NCBI RefSeq assembly: GCF_003815035.1
Contig: NZ_RKRK01000002.1
Location: 775,956 to 807,955 of the forward strand
DNA from: Abyssicoccus albus
Lineage (GTDB): Bacteria; Bacillota; Bacilli; Staphylococcales; Abyssicoccaceae
Direction of reading: 5' to 3'
Length of the DNA stretch: 32,000 nt
Positions 16,730-27,548 of this stretch are shown here, piece by piece. A program made the translations under genes and the position numbers. How positions within the stretch are numbered: position 1 is the first letter of the stretch; each line of letters starts with the position of its first letter. The notes under the pieces are model-generated. The model saw nothing but the letters and a program-made list of their open reading frames with translations. It was not told where the DNA came from and did not search any database.

Positions 16730-17404
16730 TTAATCATTCACCGAATCTGTTGATTCAGTGATGTTTCTCACGACAATTCTTGATCCTTCAACTTTGATGA
16801 CTTTAATTGTTGAACCACGTGCGATAAAAGAACTTTCAGCAACTACATCGTATCGATTATCGTGCAAAGACATCGTGCCTGAAGGCCTTAAATCCGTATG
16901 CGCCGTTCCTATCTCATTCATTAAGTATGTAAAATCATCATGCGACGTATACCCTGATTCTTTATTCGTAGAATCAGTTAAAATTAAACGTTTAAAAAAT
17001 GGCATTTCTTTCTTCAACACCTTTACTAGAATAACCCATTCAATAATCAATACAAAACTAACGATTGCAAGTAATAAAGAAATCATTGTAACGTTATCAG
17101 CCATCAAAATAAAGCTTAACACGACACAAATGACACCTATAATTCCGGTAATCAAACCAAATACAAAAAATTCAGCAAAAATAAGTGAAATACCAATAAT
17201 AAATAAAACAATTGCTAAACCATTAGACTCTCCATCAATAAATTGGGTCACAATAAATAAACACAGTGCAAGTGCACTCATGATTCCTGCAATATTAATA
17301 TGTCTAGAATACAGTTGATATAGTGCACCACAAAAAATAATCAACAACAAGAATAGCAATAGCATTGGGTGGTTATACCATGCTGTAGACCAAAGTTCGT
17401 TCAC
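16730..17404 (-). CDS. nfeD: NfeD-family membrane protein (short form, no ClpP-like protease domain)
   Basis: 224 aa with 4-5 TM helices and a C-terminal OB-fold typical of NfeD (DLRPSGTMSLHDNRYDVVAESSFIARGSTIKVIKVEGSRIVV). The GTG start is preceded by GGGGTGA. It lies upstream of floA as in other Firmicutes. Confidence 0.88.
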   Translation of the reverse strand: MNELWSTAWYNHPMLLLFLLLIIFCGALYQLYSRHINIAGIMSALALCLFIVTQFIDGESNGLAIVLFIIGISLIFAEFFVFGLITGIIGVICVVLSFILMADNVTMISLLLAIVSFVLIIEWVILVKVLKKEMPFFKRLILTDSTNKESGYTSHDDFTYLMNEIGTAHTDLRPSGTMSLHDNRYDVVAESSFIARGSTIKVIKVEGSRIVVRNITESTDSVND

Positions 17405-17424
17405 CCCATCACCCCCATATGTGT

Positions 17425-17433
17425 ATTATATCA
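17425..17433 (-). promoter_or_regulatory. Candidate extended -10 element (TGATATAAT) for nfeD-floA
   Basis: Revcomp of 17425-17433 is TGATATAAT. There is no good -35. It is embedded in a 9-bp inverted repeat, TATATCAAT-N11-ATTGATATA (17427-17455). The resulting leader would be very short. Confidence 0.35.
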
Positions 17434-17473
17434 ATCTATAACATATATTGATATATGTTACGTCTCAATTCAC

Positions 17474-17505
17474 AAAAAAACTCAACCTACAAACAGTAGA
17501 TTGAG
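17474..17505 (-). terminator. rpsU intrinsic terminator
   Basis: On the minus strand, CTCAATCTAC pairs with GTAGGTTGAG (10 bp, one G:U) with a 5-nt loop, followed by TTTTTTT. Confidence 0.8.
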
Positions 17506-17544
17506 TTTATCTATTAAGAAAATGTTACGCGAGGGAGCGTAAAA

Positions 17545-17721
17545 CTACTTAAATTTACGTTTACGAGCTGCCTCTGATTTCTTTTTACGGCGCACGCTTG
17601 GCTTTTCATAATATTCACGCTTACGTACTTCTTGAATTGTACCACTTTTAGAAACAGAACGCTTAAAACGACGTAAAGCATCTTCGATGTTTTCGTTCTT
17701 TTTAACTACAGTTTTAGACAT
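17545..17721 (-). CDS. rpsU: 30S ribosomal protein S21
   Basis: Hand translation: [58 protein letters not shown] (58 aa). SD GGAGGGAGGGA is upstream. It is below the ORF-track cutoff. Confidence 0.95.
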   Translation of the reverse strand: MSKTVVKKNENIEDALRRFKRSVSKSGTIQEVRKREYYEKPSVRRKKKSEAARKRKFK

Positions 17722-17801
17722 GTGTTTTCCCTCCCTCCGAACATTGACAACGTTACTTTTAAATCATATATGCTCAATTTAAAGATAGCATATATTACTA
17801 T

Positions 17802-17830
17802 ATTATAATGAATAGTAAGTAAGTCGTCAA
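17802..17830 (-). promoter_or_regulatory. rpsU sigma-A promoter, TTGACG-17-TATAAT
   Basis: On the minus strand, TTGACG (17830-17825), a 17-nt spacer, then TATAAT (17807-17802). Confidence 0.65.
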
Positions 17831-17875
17831 CCCACTCTAATAGAATTCAATAAAACATTGTCATCATACGCAATA

Positions 17876-19246
17876 TTATATCGTCACTTCTACTTCTGAG
17901 CGAGTTTCCTTATGGTGAGCGTGTTGTTCGATTTTTACAAATTCACCATGATTAATCGGGTAACCAGCTTGTGTAATTTTCACTTTAACAATCTCTCCTA
18001 CAAGTGATTCGTCACCAGCAAGTGCAACTTTCATATAATTGTCAGTATATCCAATTAACGCTTCATCGTCTTTAGAATATTCTTCTGGAATAATCTCAAG
18101 TACTTCACCTTCAAAACGTTTAGCATAGCTCAGCGCAAGTTGGTCACTCAATTCAATTAGACGAGCCACACGGTCATCTTTAATTGTTTGTTCAATTTGA
18201 TCTTCCATCCGCGCTGCTGGTGTTCCAGTTCTCATACTATATGGGAAGACATGCAATTCGCTGAAATGATGATCTTTTATAAATTTATATGTTTCCATAA
18301 ATTCTTCCTCAGTTTCACCTGGGAATCCAACAATAACATCACTCGTAATCGCAACATCAGGCATAATTCGATGAAGTTTTTGGATGCGTTCACTGAATTC
18401 AGCCATTGTATATTTACGACGCATTCTTTTAAGTACAGTATCTGATCCTGATTGTAATGGGACGTGAAGATGTCTAACGACTTTCTTCGATTGATCTAAC
18501 ACTTCAATCACTTCGTCAGTCAATTGACTCGCTTCGATGGATGAAATTCTAAGACGCTCTAATCCATCAATCGTTTCCAAATCTCGTAATAATTGTGCTA
18601 AGTTGTAATCTTTCAAATCTGAACCATATCCACCTGTATGAATTCCAGTTAAGACAATTTCACGGTAACCAGATTGAACAAGTTGAGTAGCTTGTTCTAT
18701 GACCATCTTTGGATCTCTAGAACGCATTAAACCACGCGCCCAAGGGATAATACAAAATGTACAGAAGTTGTTACATCCTTCTTGAATTTTCAGGCTTGCT
18801 CTCGTACGATCAGTGAAATACGGTACATCTAACTCTTCATATGTACGGTTTTTCATAATGTTTTTAACACCATTAATCGGTTGACGCTCTTCCATGTATT
18901 GTTCAATGTAAGGTAGCATCTTTTCACGGTCTTGAGTCCCAACAACAATGTCAACACCTGGAATGTCCATAATCTCAGCAGGTGACGTTTGGGCATAACA
19001 TCCAGTAACACAAATCACTGCATCAGGATTCGATCGAATTGCACGACGAATCACTTGGCGACTTTTCTTATCCCCTGTATTCGTCACAGTACACGTATTA
19101 ATGACAAATACATCTGCATTTGTATTAAACGATACTCGTTCATAACCATCAGCTTTAAATAACTGCCAAATTGCTTCAGTTTCATAATGATTTACTTTAC
19201 AGCCTAACGTATGAAAGGCAACTGTTTTATTCATGATACACATCAT
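17876..19246 (-). CDS. mtaB: tRNA t6A37 methylthiotransferase MtaB (radical SAM)
   Basis: An N-terminal UPF0004 domain (FHTLGCKVNHYE), a radical-SAM CNNFCTFC motif and a C-terminal TRAM-like domain. Alternative ATG starts at 19243 and 19234 (MNKTVAF...) cannot be ruled out. Confidence 0.9.
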   Translation of the reverse strand: MMCIMNKTVAFHTLGCKVNHYETEAIWQLFKADGYERVSFNTNADVFVINTCTVTNTGDKKSRQVIRRAIRSNPDAVICVTGCYAQTSPAEIMDIPGVDIVVGTQDREKMLPYIEQYMEERQPINGVKNIMKNRTYEELDVPYFTDRTRASLKIQEGCNNFCTFCIIPWARGLMRSRDPKMVIEQATQLVQSGYREIVLTGIHTGGYGSDLKDYNLAQLLRDLETIDGLERLRISSIEASQLTDEVIEVLDQSKKVVRHLHVPLQSGSDTVLKRMRRKYTMAEFSERIQKLHRIMPDVAITSDVIVGFPGETEEEFMETYKFIKDHHFSELHVFPYSMRTGTPAARMEDQIEQTIKDDRVARLIELSDQLALSYAKRFEGEVLEIIPEEYSKDDEALIGYTDNYMKVALAGDESLVGEIVKVKITQAGYPINHGEFVKIEQHAHHKETRSEVEVTI

Positions 19247-19307
19247 ACTTTCTATATATAGTTATTCATTATGTCATAATAACATAATACTTTATTATTC
19301 TCAATGC

Positions 19308-19337
19308 AAAAAGCGATAACAGGCGTTATCGCTTTTT
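19308..19337. terminator. Symmetric hairpin between rsmE and mtaB
   Basis: AAAAAGCGATAAC-AGGC-GTTATCGCTTTTT has A and T runs on both sides, so it could act on either strand. It would attenuate read-through from rsmE. Confidence 0.7.
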
Positions 19338-19374
19338 AGTTTGTTCCAATATATTATTAATCATTATATACATT

Positions 19375-20136
19375 TTAACAATCATTAGCTTCTAACATAT
19401 AAGACAAAACACTCATCATATATATCGGGGCTGTTTCTGCTCTTAAAATTCTTCGGCCTAACCCAACAGTCATAACATGGTCATGTTGTTGGAGTTGATC
19501 TATTTCACTTGATGTAAAACCACCTTCTGGTCCAGTGATGCATAATACACTTGTAGAAGATTGAATTTGTTGTCGTAATTGACTTAAATGTGTATAGGAT
19601 TGATTAGATTTTACCGTTTCTTCATACGCTACGATCACAAGATCATAATCGGTTAACGAAAAGTTAGATAATGATTGAACATTGTGAATGGTAGGTATTC
19701 TATGTCGATACGATTGCTCACTCGACTCACTCGCCACTTTCACATACCGATCAATTCTCTTTTTTTCTTTTTTATGATTAAGTTTGACAATGGTCCGTTC
19801 ACTATTTAGTGGTATGAATGCATTGGCTCCAAGCTCTGTACACTTTTGAATGATTAACTCAGGCTTATCCCCTTTACTTAGGCCGAAAGCCATTGTGACA
19901 TCCACAGTCAACTCTGTCTGCTCATGAATGCGTGAAATGATTCGACAGCAAATACTTTCTTTATCAAGCTGTAAAACCTTAACTTGATAAGGTTCCTGTT
20001 CAATCATCAATATACATTTATCATCAATAGCCATTCTCATCACATTTCTCATATGATGAATAATGTCTTGATCGAAAATTGTAATCTCATCAAGTTCTTT
20101 AGTTCGTTCATAATGCTCAACAAAATAACGTTGCAT
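19375..20136 (-). CDS. rsmE: 16S rRNA (uracil1498-N3)-methyltransferase RsmE
   Basis: 253 aa of the SPOUT class with the GPEGGF motif. Its start overlaps the prmA stop (TAATG). Confidence 0.9.
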   Translation of the reverse strand: MQRYFVEHYERTKELDEITIFDQDIIHHMRNVMRMAIDDKCILMIEQEPYQVKVLQLDKESICCRIISRIHEQTELTVDVTMAFGLSKGDKPELIIQKCTELGANAFIPLNSERTIVKLNHKKEKKRIDRYVKVASESSEQSYRHRIPTIHNVQSLSNFSLTDYDLVIVAYEETVKSNQSYTHLSQLRQQIQSSTSVLCITGPEGGFTSSEIDQLQQHDHVMTVGLGRRILRAETAPIYMMSVLSYMLEANDC

Positions 20137-21071
20137 TATTGATCACGCTTTCTTGCAAGCAATGCTGTCCAGCCTTCTTTATGAGACTCATCAACCACTT
20201 CAAAGCCTACTTTATCCAATCTCGATTTAATTTCTTCACACTTCTCATCGATAATTCCACTCGAGATAAAATATCCACCTGATCGAAGTACGTCGTGTGC
20301 ATCTTCTATCATCAGATCAATAATGTGGGCTAATATATTCGCGATCACGATATCTTTCGAATCATGTGGAATATCTTTAAGCAAGTCACCTGTGTGAACA
20401 TTTATATGTTCTAAGCAATTATTGAGTTCAAAGTTTTCTTTAGCAACCTTAACAGCCATTCGATCAACATCTAATGCTTCGATTGAACGTGCTTTCAGAT
20501 GATGTGCACCAATGGATAAAATACCAGACCCCGTCCCTACATCAATGACATCTTTATCTTCAACTTCAATTTGTTCAAACATTTCTAAACACATGCTTGT
20601 TGTCGCATGATCTCCAGTACCAAATGCCATCCCTGGGTCTAATGAAATGACATGACGTGATGTTTGTTGGTCATATTTCTCCCAAGACGGCTCAATGACA
20701 AATTGATTTCCAATTTCAATCGGATGATAATATTGTTTCCATTCATTCTCCCAATCTTGCTCATTAATCGATTGAGTGGTGATATCTTCTCGATGAATTG
20801 GTAAATGATACGAAGAAATATTGGATAGAACTTCATCGATAATGTCTTGATCGAACTCTAATTCATTGAAATATGCTTTAATAACCATATGGTTATCTGG
20901 ATAATCTTTAGGGTCTAGTCTATAATCACGCTCAAAGTCTTCAACTTTTTGCTTGATGACGTCGATTGAATGCTCAATGGTCACACCTTTTGAGCCCATT
21001 TCATTCAGCATATATGATAAAGTTTCTTCATATTCATTACTCGTTTTGATACAAAGTTCAATCCATTTCAT
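20136..21071 (-). CDS. prmA: Ribosomal protein L11 methyltransferase
   Basis: SAM-binding DVGTGSGILSI and the conserved position after dnaJ. Confidence 0.93.
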   Translation of the reverse strand: MKWIELCIKTSNEYEETLSYMLNEMGSKGVTIEHSIDVIKQKVEDFERDYRLDPKDYPDNHMVIKAYFNELEFDQDIIDEVLSNISSYHLPIHREDITTQSINEQDWENEWKQYYHPIEIGNQFVIEPSWEKYDQQTSRHVISLDPGMAFGTGDHATTSMCLEMFEQIEVEDKDVIDVGTGSGILSIGAHHLKARSIEALDVDRMAVKVAKENFELNNCLEHINVHTGDLLKDIPHDSKDIVIANILAHIIDLMIEDAHDVLRSGGYFISSGIIDEKCEEIKSRLDKVGFEVVDESHKEGWTALLARKRDQ

Positions 21072-21074
21072 CGT

Positions 21075-22202
21075 TTAATCTCCTTTAAAGAATTTACGTG
21101 TCTTATCGAAGAAATTATTCGGTTGTTCTTGTAATGTTTCACCGTTAATCTCAGCAAATTCTCTTAATAATTCTTGTTGGCGTTCGGTAAGTTTTGACGG
21201 TGTTTCGATGTTCACCGTGATAAACTGATCACCATGACCAAAACCACGCACATTTTTAACACCTTTATCTTTTAATCTAAATCTTTTACCTGTCTGAGTA
21301 CCTGCCGGAATTGTCAATTTCACTTTACCAGTTAACGTAGGGACTTCAATTTCATCACCTAACGCCGCTTGGCTAAATGAAATCATTTTCGATAGATGAA
21401 TATCATCACCATCTCTTGTGAATGTTGGGTGACTCTTAACTCTAAAGACGATATATAAATCTCCTTGTGGTCCGCCATTCACGCCTGGCTCACCTTTACC
21501 CGCTAAGCGAATTTTCTGCCCGGTATCGACACCTTCAGGAATATTCACTTTAATTTTGACATCTTTCGTATGCGTGCCTTCACCGTGACATTTATGACAT
21601 TTATGTTCAAACGTCTTACCAGAGCCTTGACAATCTGGACATGTCGTTTGTGTTGCAACACGACCAAATGGTGTATCTTGTTCTACTTGGACTTGTCCAA
21701 CACCTCGACATGTAGTACATGTATTCACTTTAGTGCCCGGTTTAGCACCTGATCCATTACATACTTCACATTCGACCTCTTTAGGAATCGTAATTTCTTT
21801 TTCTCCACCGAATACGGCTTCTTCAAAGTCTATTGACATCGTATATTGTAAATCAGAGCCTTGCCTTGGTGCATTTGGATCACGTCTAGCGCCACCTCCA
21901 AAGAACGAACTAAATATATCTTCAAAGCCGCCAAAGCCGCCAGCGTTGAATCCACCAAATCCTTGACCGCCTGCACCTTGTCCCATACCAGCATGGCCAA
22001 ATTGATCATATTGGGCTTTCTTTTGCTCATCACTTAATACTTCATACGCTTCAGCGATTTCTTTGAACTTCACATCTGCATCTTCATCTTTATTAATGTC
22101 TGGATGATATTTCTTAGATAGTTTTTTATATGCACGTTTAATTTCTTCTTTAGAAGCACCTTTTGATAAACCTAATACTTCATAATAATCTCGTTTCGCC
22201 AT
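21075..22202 (-). CDS. dnaJ: Chaperone DnaJ
   Basis: A J-domain (KRDYYEVLG...YHPD), a G/F-rich region and four CxxCxGxG zinc motifs. The tracked ORF begins at GTG 22211, but SD GGAAGGAGTG lies 6 nt before ATG 22202 (MAKRDYY). Confidence 0.96.
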   Translation of the reverse strand: MAKRDYYEVLGLSKGASKEEIKRAYKKLSKKYHPDINKDEDADVKFKEIAEAYEVLSDEQKKAQYDQFGHAGMGQGAGGQGFGGFNAGGFGGFEDIFSSFFGGGARRDPNAPRQGSDLQYTMSIDFEEAVFGGEKEITIPKEVECEVCNGSGAKPGTKVNTCTTCRGVGQVQVEQDTPFGRVATQTTCPDCQGSGKTFEHKCHKCHGEGTHTKDVKIKVNIPEGVDTGQKIRLAGKGEPGVNGGPQGDLYIVFRVKSHPTFTRDGDDIHLSKMISFSQAALGDEIEVPTLTGKVKLTIPAGTQTGKRFRLKDKGVKNVRGFGHGDQFITVNIETPSKLTERQQELLREFAEINGETLQEQPNNFFDKTRKFFKGD

Positions 22203-22268
22203 ATGATCCACTCCTTCCGTAATTTATACACGTTATGATTATACCGTATATATACGATATGCTACAGT

Positions 22269-22310
22269 AAAAAGCCAAAGCCATTCAAAATTTGAAGACT
22301 TTGGCTTTTT
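22269..22310 (-). terminator. Intra-operon hairpin between dnaK and dnaJ (partial terminator/attenuator)
   Basis: AAAAGCCAAAG / CTTTGGCTTTT forms an 11-bp stem with an 18-nt loop and a T-rich 3' side on the minus strand. Confidence 0.55.
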
Positions 22311-22344
22311 CCATGTGCATTATAATCGTTTAAAAAGTTTTGCC

Positions 22345-24192
<1,848 letters not shown>

Positions 24193-24274
24193 CTAATTTT
24201 TAATTATATTGCTAACTTTATTAATTATTAAATGAATAAATAATTTATTGTAAATTGAACTTCTTAATATATGA

Positions 24275-24955
24275 TTACTCGCTAACTTTAACCATGCTTG
24301 GTCTAATCACACGATCTTTAAGTTTATAACCTTTTTGCATGCTCTCAATGATATATCCTGATTCCACATCGTCGTTCGCTTCTTGCATCACTGCTTGATG
24401 TAAATTCGGATCAAATTGAGCACCTTCGTCTTCAATGATTTCTAGACCGTGCTCTTTCAACGTGTTTAACAAACTATTGTATGTCATTTCAACGCCTTTA
24501 TAGAAACTATCTTCTTTGTCATTGAATTGAGATAACGCACGTTCAAAATTATCAAGTGTCGGTAATAATGATTCGATGACACTTTGTGATTTATATTTAT
24601 TCAATGTTTCGTATTCTTTACGAGTTCTCTTCTTGAAGTTCTCAGTTTCTGCAACGTATCTTAAATGCTTATCTTCTGCTAAGTCTTTATCTTGAACCAA
24701 TTGATCATATTCTGATTTACTCAGTTCAATGATTTCATCTTTAGAGGTTTCTTCATCAGAATTTCGCTCTAATGTTTCATCTGCAGTTGACTCTTCAGTA
24801 TGATTAGCATCTGAATTTTTCTGCACTTCATCATTTTCTGATTGTGTTGATTGACCATCTACTGAAACATGCTGTTCCATATCCACAACGTCTTCATGCC
24901 GTTGTTCATTTTGTTCACCCGTAGGTGATTGTTCCTTTTTATCCTTTTCCATCAA
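24275..24955 (-). CDS. grpE: Nucleotide exchange factor GrpE
   Basis: An acidic N-terminus, a coiled coil and the GrpE C-terminal domain (YKLKDRVIRPSMVKV). The start is TTG 24955 or ATG 24952, after AGGAGG. Confidence 0.94.
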   Translation of the reverse strand: MMEKDKKEQSPTGEQNEQRHEDVVDMEQHVSVDGQSTQSENDEVQKNSDANHTEESTADETLERNSDEETSKDEIIELSKSEYDQLVQDKDLAEDKHLRYVAETENFKKRTRKEYETLNKYKSQSVIESLLPTLDNFERALSQFNDKEDSFYKGVEMTYNSLLNTLKEHGLEIIEDEGAQFDPNLHQAVMQEANDDVESGYIIESMQKGYKLKDRVIRPSMVKVSE

Positions 24956-25018
24956 AAAACGACCTCCTTTAGGTGCACATTCTATCTTGATGATAACAAA
25001 ATTGTATTTTTTTATAAT

Positions 25019-26026
25019 TTATACCCCTAGTTTAGATATCGTTCTAAACATCGGGATGATTTCTTTGTAGTTCATTGTCATAGGACCGACAATTGCAATC
25101 GTCGTATCATACCCTTCATACCATTCAACTTGAGTCGATACGAAGCTAATTCCTTCAATTGTCTCCTCAAAATCACTACCGAATGTAACGTCTACCCCAT
25201 CAAGTGTAGAATGAAACGGGACTTCATTCAATTCATCTGTTTCAAAAATTTTCAGCAAAGCCTTCATCGATTCTATGTTTTGCTCATTGATTTGATTTAA
25301 CAACCGATCTTTACCGCTAATAATCGTTTCATTTTGTTGCTTTAATGGATTCAATGCTTCATGTTGAATGAGCATCGTAAACCATTTCACTAAATTATAC
25401 TCACTCGATACGTGTTGAATAAACATTTCTTGCATATATTCCTCAACATTGGAATGAACATCATCTCCTCGTTTACCTTGCTGAATAATATTAGAAATGA
25501 CCGGTAAACTATCGATATGAATGTTCCTTGGTAAATCAATCATACTTTTCAAAATGCGTTGATTGTTATAAACAACGATTAATACCGCATGAATTGTTCC
25601 AAGAGGTGTAATATATACATTCGTAATGCTAGGTTGCTGTTGTAATTCAGTTGTAATTAAAGTCGTTTGTTCGGTCGTATGAGCAATACTATCTGCGAGT
25701 GTTGACCATAATATATTCGGTTCTTCAATGAATGTATTCACGATCGTTTGAATCCATTCAAGTTCATGCTGGTCAGCCATATCAAAATTCATTAAGTCAT
25801 TAATATATATCATTAACCCTTCATTCGAAGGGACTCGACCTGATGAATGATGTGGCTTCAATAAATAACCTAACTTCTCTAATTGAGACATCTCATTGCG
25901 AATTGTAGCAGAAGAGATATTCAATTGATAACGGTCAAGCAGTGCATTAGAACCAATCGGCTGTACTTCATCAATAAATGCATCTACAATAACATTTAAC
26001 AGTTGTTGCTGTCGATTTGTCAGCAC
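25019..26026 (-). CDS. hrcA: Heat-inducible transcription repressor HrcA
   Basis: 335 aa with an N-terminal winged helix (LTNRQQQLLNVIVDAFIDEVQPIGS), a GTG start after GAGGTG, and a CIRCE operator immediately upstream. Confidence 0.93.
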   Translation of the reverse strand: MLTNRQQQLLNVIVDAFIDEVQPIGSNALLDRYQLNISSATIRNEMSQLEKLGYLLKPHHSSGRVPSNEGLMIYINDLMNFDMADQHELEWIQTIVNTFIEEPNILWSTLADSIAHTTEQTTLITTELQQQPSITNVYITPLGTIHAVLIVVYNNQRILKSMIDLPRNIHIDSLPVISNIIQQGKRGDDVHSNVEEYMQEMFIQHVSSEYNLVKWFTMLIQHEALNPLKQQNETIISGKDRLLNQINEQNIESMKALLKIFETDELNEVPFHSTLDGVDVTFGSDFEETIEGISFVSTQVEWYEGYDTTIAIVGPMTMNYKEIIPMFRTISKLGV

Positions 26027-26039
26027 ATGAACACCTCAT

Positions 26040-26066
26040 TTAGCACTCATCTGTATCAAGTGCTAA
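26040..26066. promoter_or_regulatory. CIRCE operator (HrcA binding site)
   Basis: TTAGCACTC-ATCTGTATC-AAGTGCTAA, compared with the consensus TTAGCACTC-N9-GAGTGCTAA, has one mismatch. It lies between the promoter and the hrcA SD. Confidence 0.9.
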
Positions 26067-26083
26067 TTATAATTTATCAAATT

Positions 26084-26100
26084 GGTCAAAATAAGTCAAC
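26084..26100. promoter_or_regulatory. CtsR operator-like heptad direct repeat overlapping the hrcA promoter -35
   Basis: GGTCAAA-ATA-AGTCAAC, compared with the CtsR consensus (A/G)GTCAAA-NAN-(A/G)GTCAAA, has one mismatch. On the minus strand it contains TTGACT (26099-26094), a plausible -35. Confidence 0.6.
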
Positions 26101-26146
26101 AAATAGACTTAACTTTTTTTCTCTATAATTGATCTGTTATTTATTA

Positions 26147-27295
26147 TCAATCTTGATCATCAATAATAAAGTGACTTAACACTTCGTTTGCATGTCTTTT
26201 TCCTTTTTTCGTTAAATAAATATCATCACCATTTAATGGATTCACTTCAATCATTTGATGATAAATCAATTGATTCAAAGGCACTTCATAAATAGATTCG
26301 AGTGTCACGCCGTAACGTCTTTCAAATTCTGTACGGCTAACCCCTTCTGTTTTCCTTAATCCTAAAAACATAAATTCTTCGTATTGTTCTTTCAATGTCA
26401 CTGGATGCTCATCACGTCTTGCATGATGATGTTTCTTAATCGATTCAATATAATGATTCACTGGATTAATGTTGGAGTATCTAACACCATCAACATACCC
26501 GTGTGCGCCTGCACCAAAACCATAATAATAATCATTATTCCAATACGTTAAATTATGTTTTGACTGATGCTCTTCACTTGTTGCAAAGTTCGATGTTTCA
26601 TACCGCTTCATTTGAACTTGTTCCATCATGGACTCTATCATTTCATCCATCTCATCAATAGTTGTTTCTGTTGGCAGTTCTAATTTAGATTTTCTATAGG
26701 CGTTATACATCATTGTTTGAGGTTCCAATATCAATCCATAAATAGATATATGGTCAATTGGTAAATTCAACGCTATTTCAAGCGAAGATTTTAGCTGATC
26801 TAAAGATTGATTAGGTAATTCAGACATTAGATCGAGTGATATTGATTCTATTCCAACGTCTTTCGCTTTATAAACAGATTGAATCGCTTGATCTTTAGAA
26901 TGTGCTCTTCCTAATACATTCAATAACTCCGCATCAAATGTTTGTACACCAATTGATAATCGATTCACACCATGTGCTTTTAAACATTCAATTTTATCAT
27001 CCGTTAACTCTTCTGGATTCGCTTCAACGGTCAATTCTTCTATACCATTAAATTGTTCATATATTGCTTTGAATAACCTTTTTAATTGTTCAATAGAGAG
27101 CGCTGTCGGCGTACCTCCACCGATAAATACAGTCTGCATTGATTGTTTAGGCACACTTTTTATTTCTTTAATGAGCTGGTCAATATACTCATCAACGGGC
27201 TGGGTATCTATATAATATTTGTTAAAATCACAATAAGTACATATATGTTTACAAAATGGGATATGAATATATGCACTATTTATCTTAGTATTCAT
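26147..27295 (-). CDS. hemW: Radical SAM heme chaperone HemW (HemN-like, oxygen-independent coproporphyrinogen oxidase family)
   Basis: Radical-SAM CKHICTYCDF near the N-terminus; 382 aa; conserved position between lepA and hrcA. Confidence 0.9.
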   Translation of the reverse strand: MNTKINSAYIHIPFCKHICTYCDFNKYYIDTQPVDEYIDQLIKEIKSVPKQSMQTVFIGGGTPTALSIEQLKRLFKAIYEQFNGIEELTVEANPEELTDDKIECLKAHGVNRLSIGVQTFDAELLNVLGRAHSKDQAIQSVYKAKDVGIESISLDLMSELPNQSLDQLKSSLEIALNLPIDHISIYGLILEPQTMMYNAYRKSKLELPTETTIDEMDEMIESMMEQVQMKRYETSNFATSEEHQSKHNLTYWNNDYYYGFGAGAHGYVDGVRYSNINPVNHYIESIKKHHHARRDEHPVTLKEQYEEFMFLGLRKTEGVSRTEFERRYGVTLESIYEVPLNQLIYHQMIEVNPLNGDDIYLTKKGKRHANEVLSHFIIDDQD

Positions 27296-27469
27296 ATAAT
27301 ACTCCTTTCTTCTACTTTTTATATTTTAGCGAATTGTTATTATCATTATAAATTTAATTTCTTTTTAATCATTATTTCTATTCTTTAATCTTTATATAAT
27401 TAACGATAATCTCAATCTATCATTTAATTTATCAGTCATTTTATTGTTGAATAGATAAACATATCTTCA

Positions 27470-27497
27470 TAAAAAAAGTGACTCTTAAGAGTCACTT
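27470..27497 (-). terminator. lepA intrinsic terminator
   Basis: A perfect palindrome, AAGTGACTCTTAAGAGTCACTT (27476-27497), followed on the minus strand by TTTTTTT. Confidence 0.8.
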
Positions 27498-27548
27498 AAT
27501 CTATCTTCTATTATACTTTCTCACTTCTTTTTGAACTAATGATAAACC

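Noticed and set aside
16758-17318. 186-aa + strand ORF, the longest unassigned ORF in the track
   Set aside because: It lies entirely antisense to nfeD, whose product has recognisable TM helices and the NfeD C-terminal OB-fold. It has no SD, and its composition (I/K/S/T-rich) is what the mirror frame of an AT-rich membrane-protein gene yields. It is a shadow ORF.
26067-26146. Second CIRCE element upstream of hrcA
   Set aside because: There is no further TTAGCAC/GTGCTAA half-site in the interval. Only the single CIRCE and the CtsR-like repeat are present.
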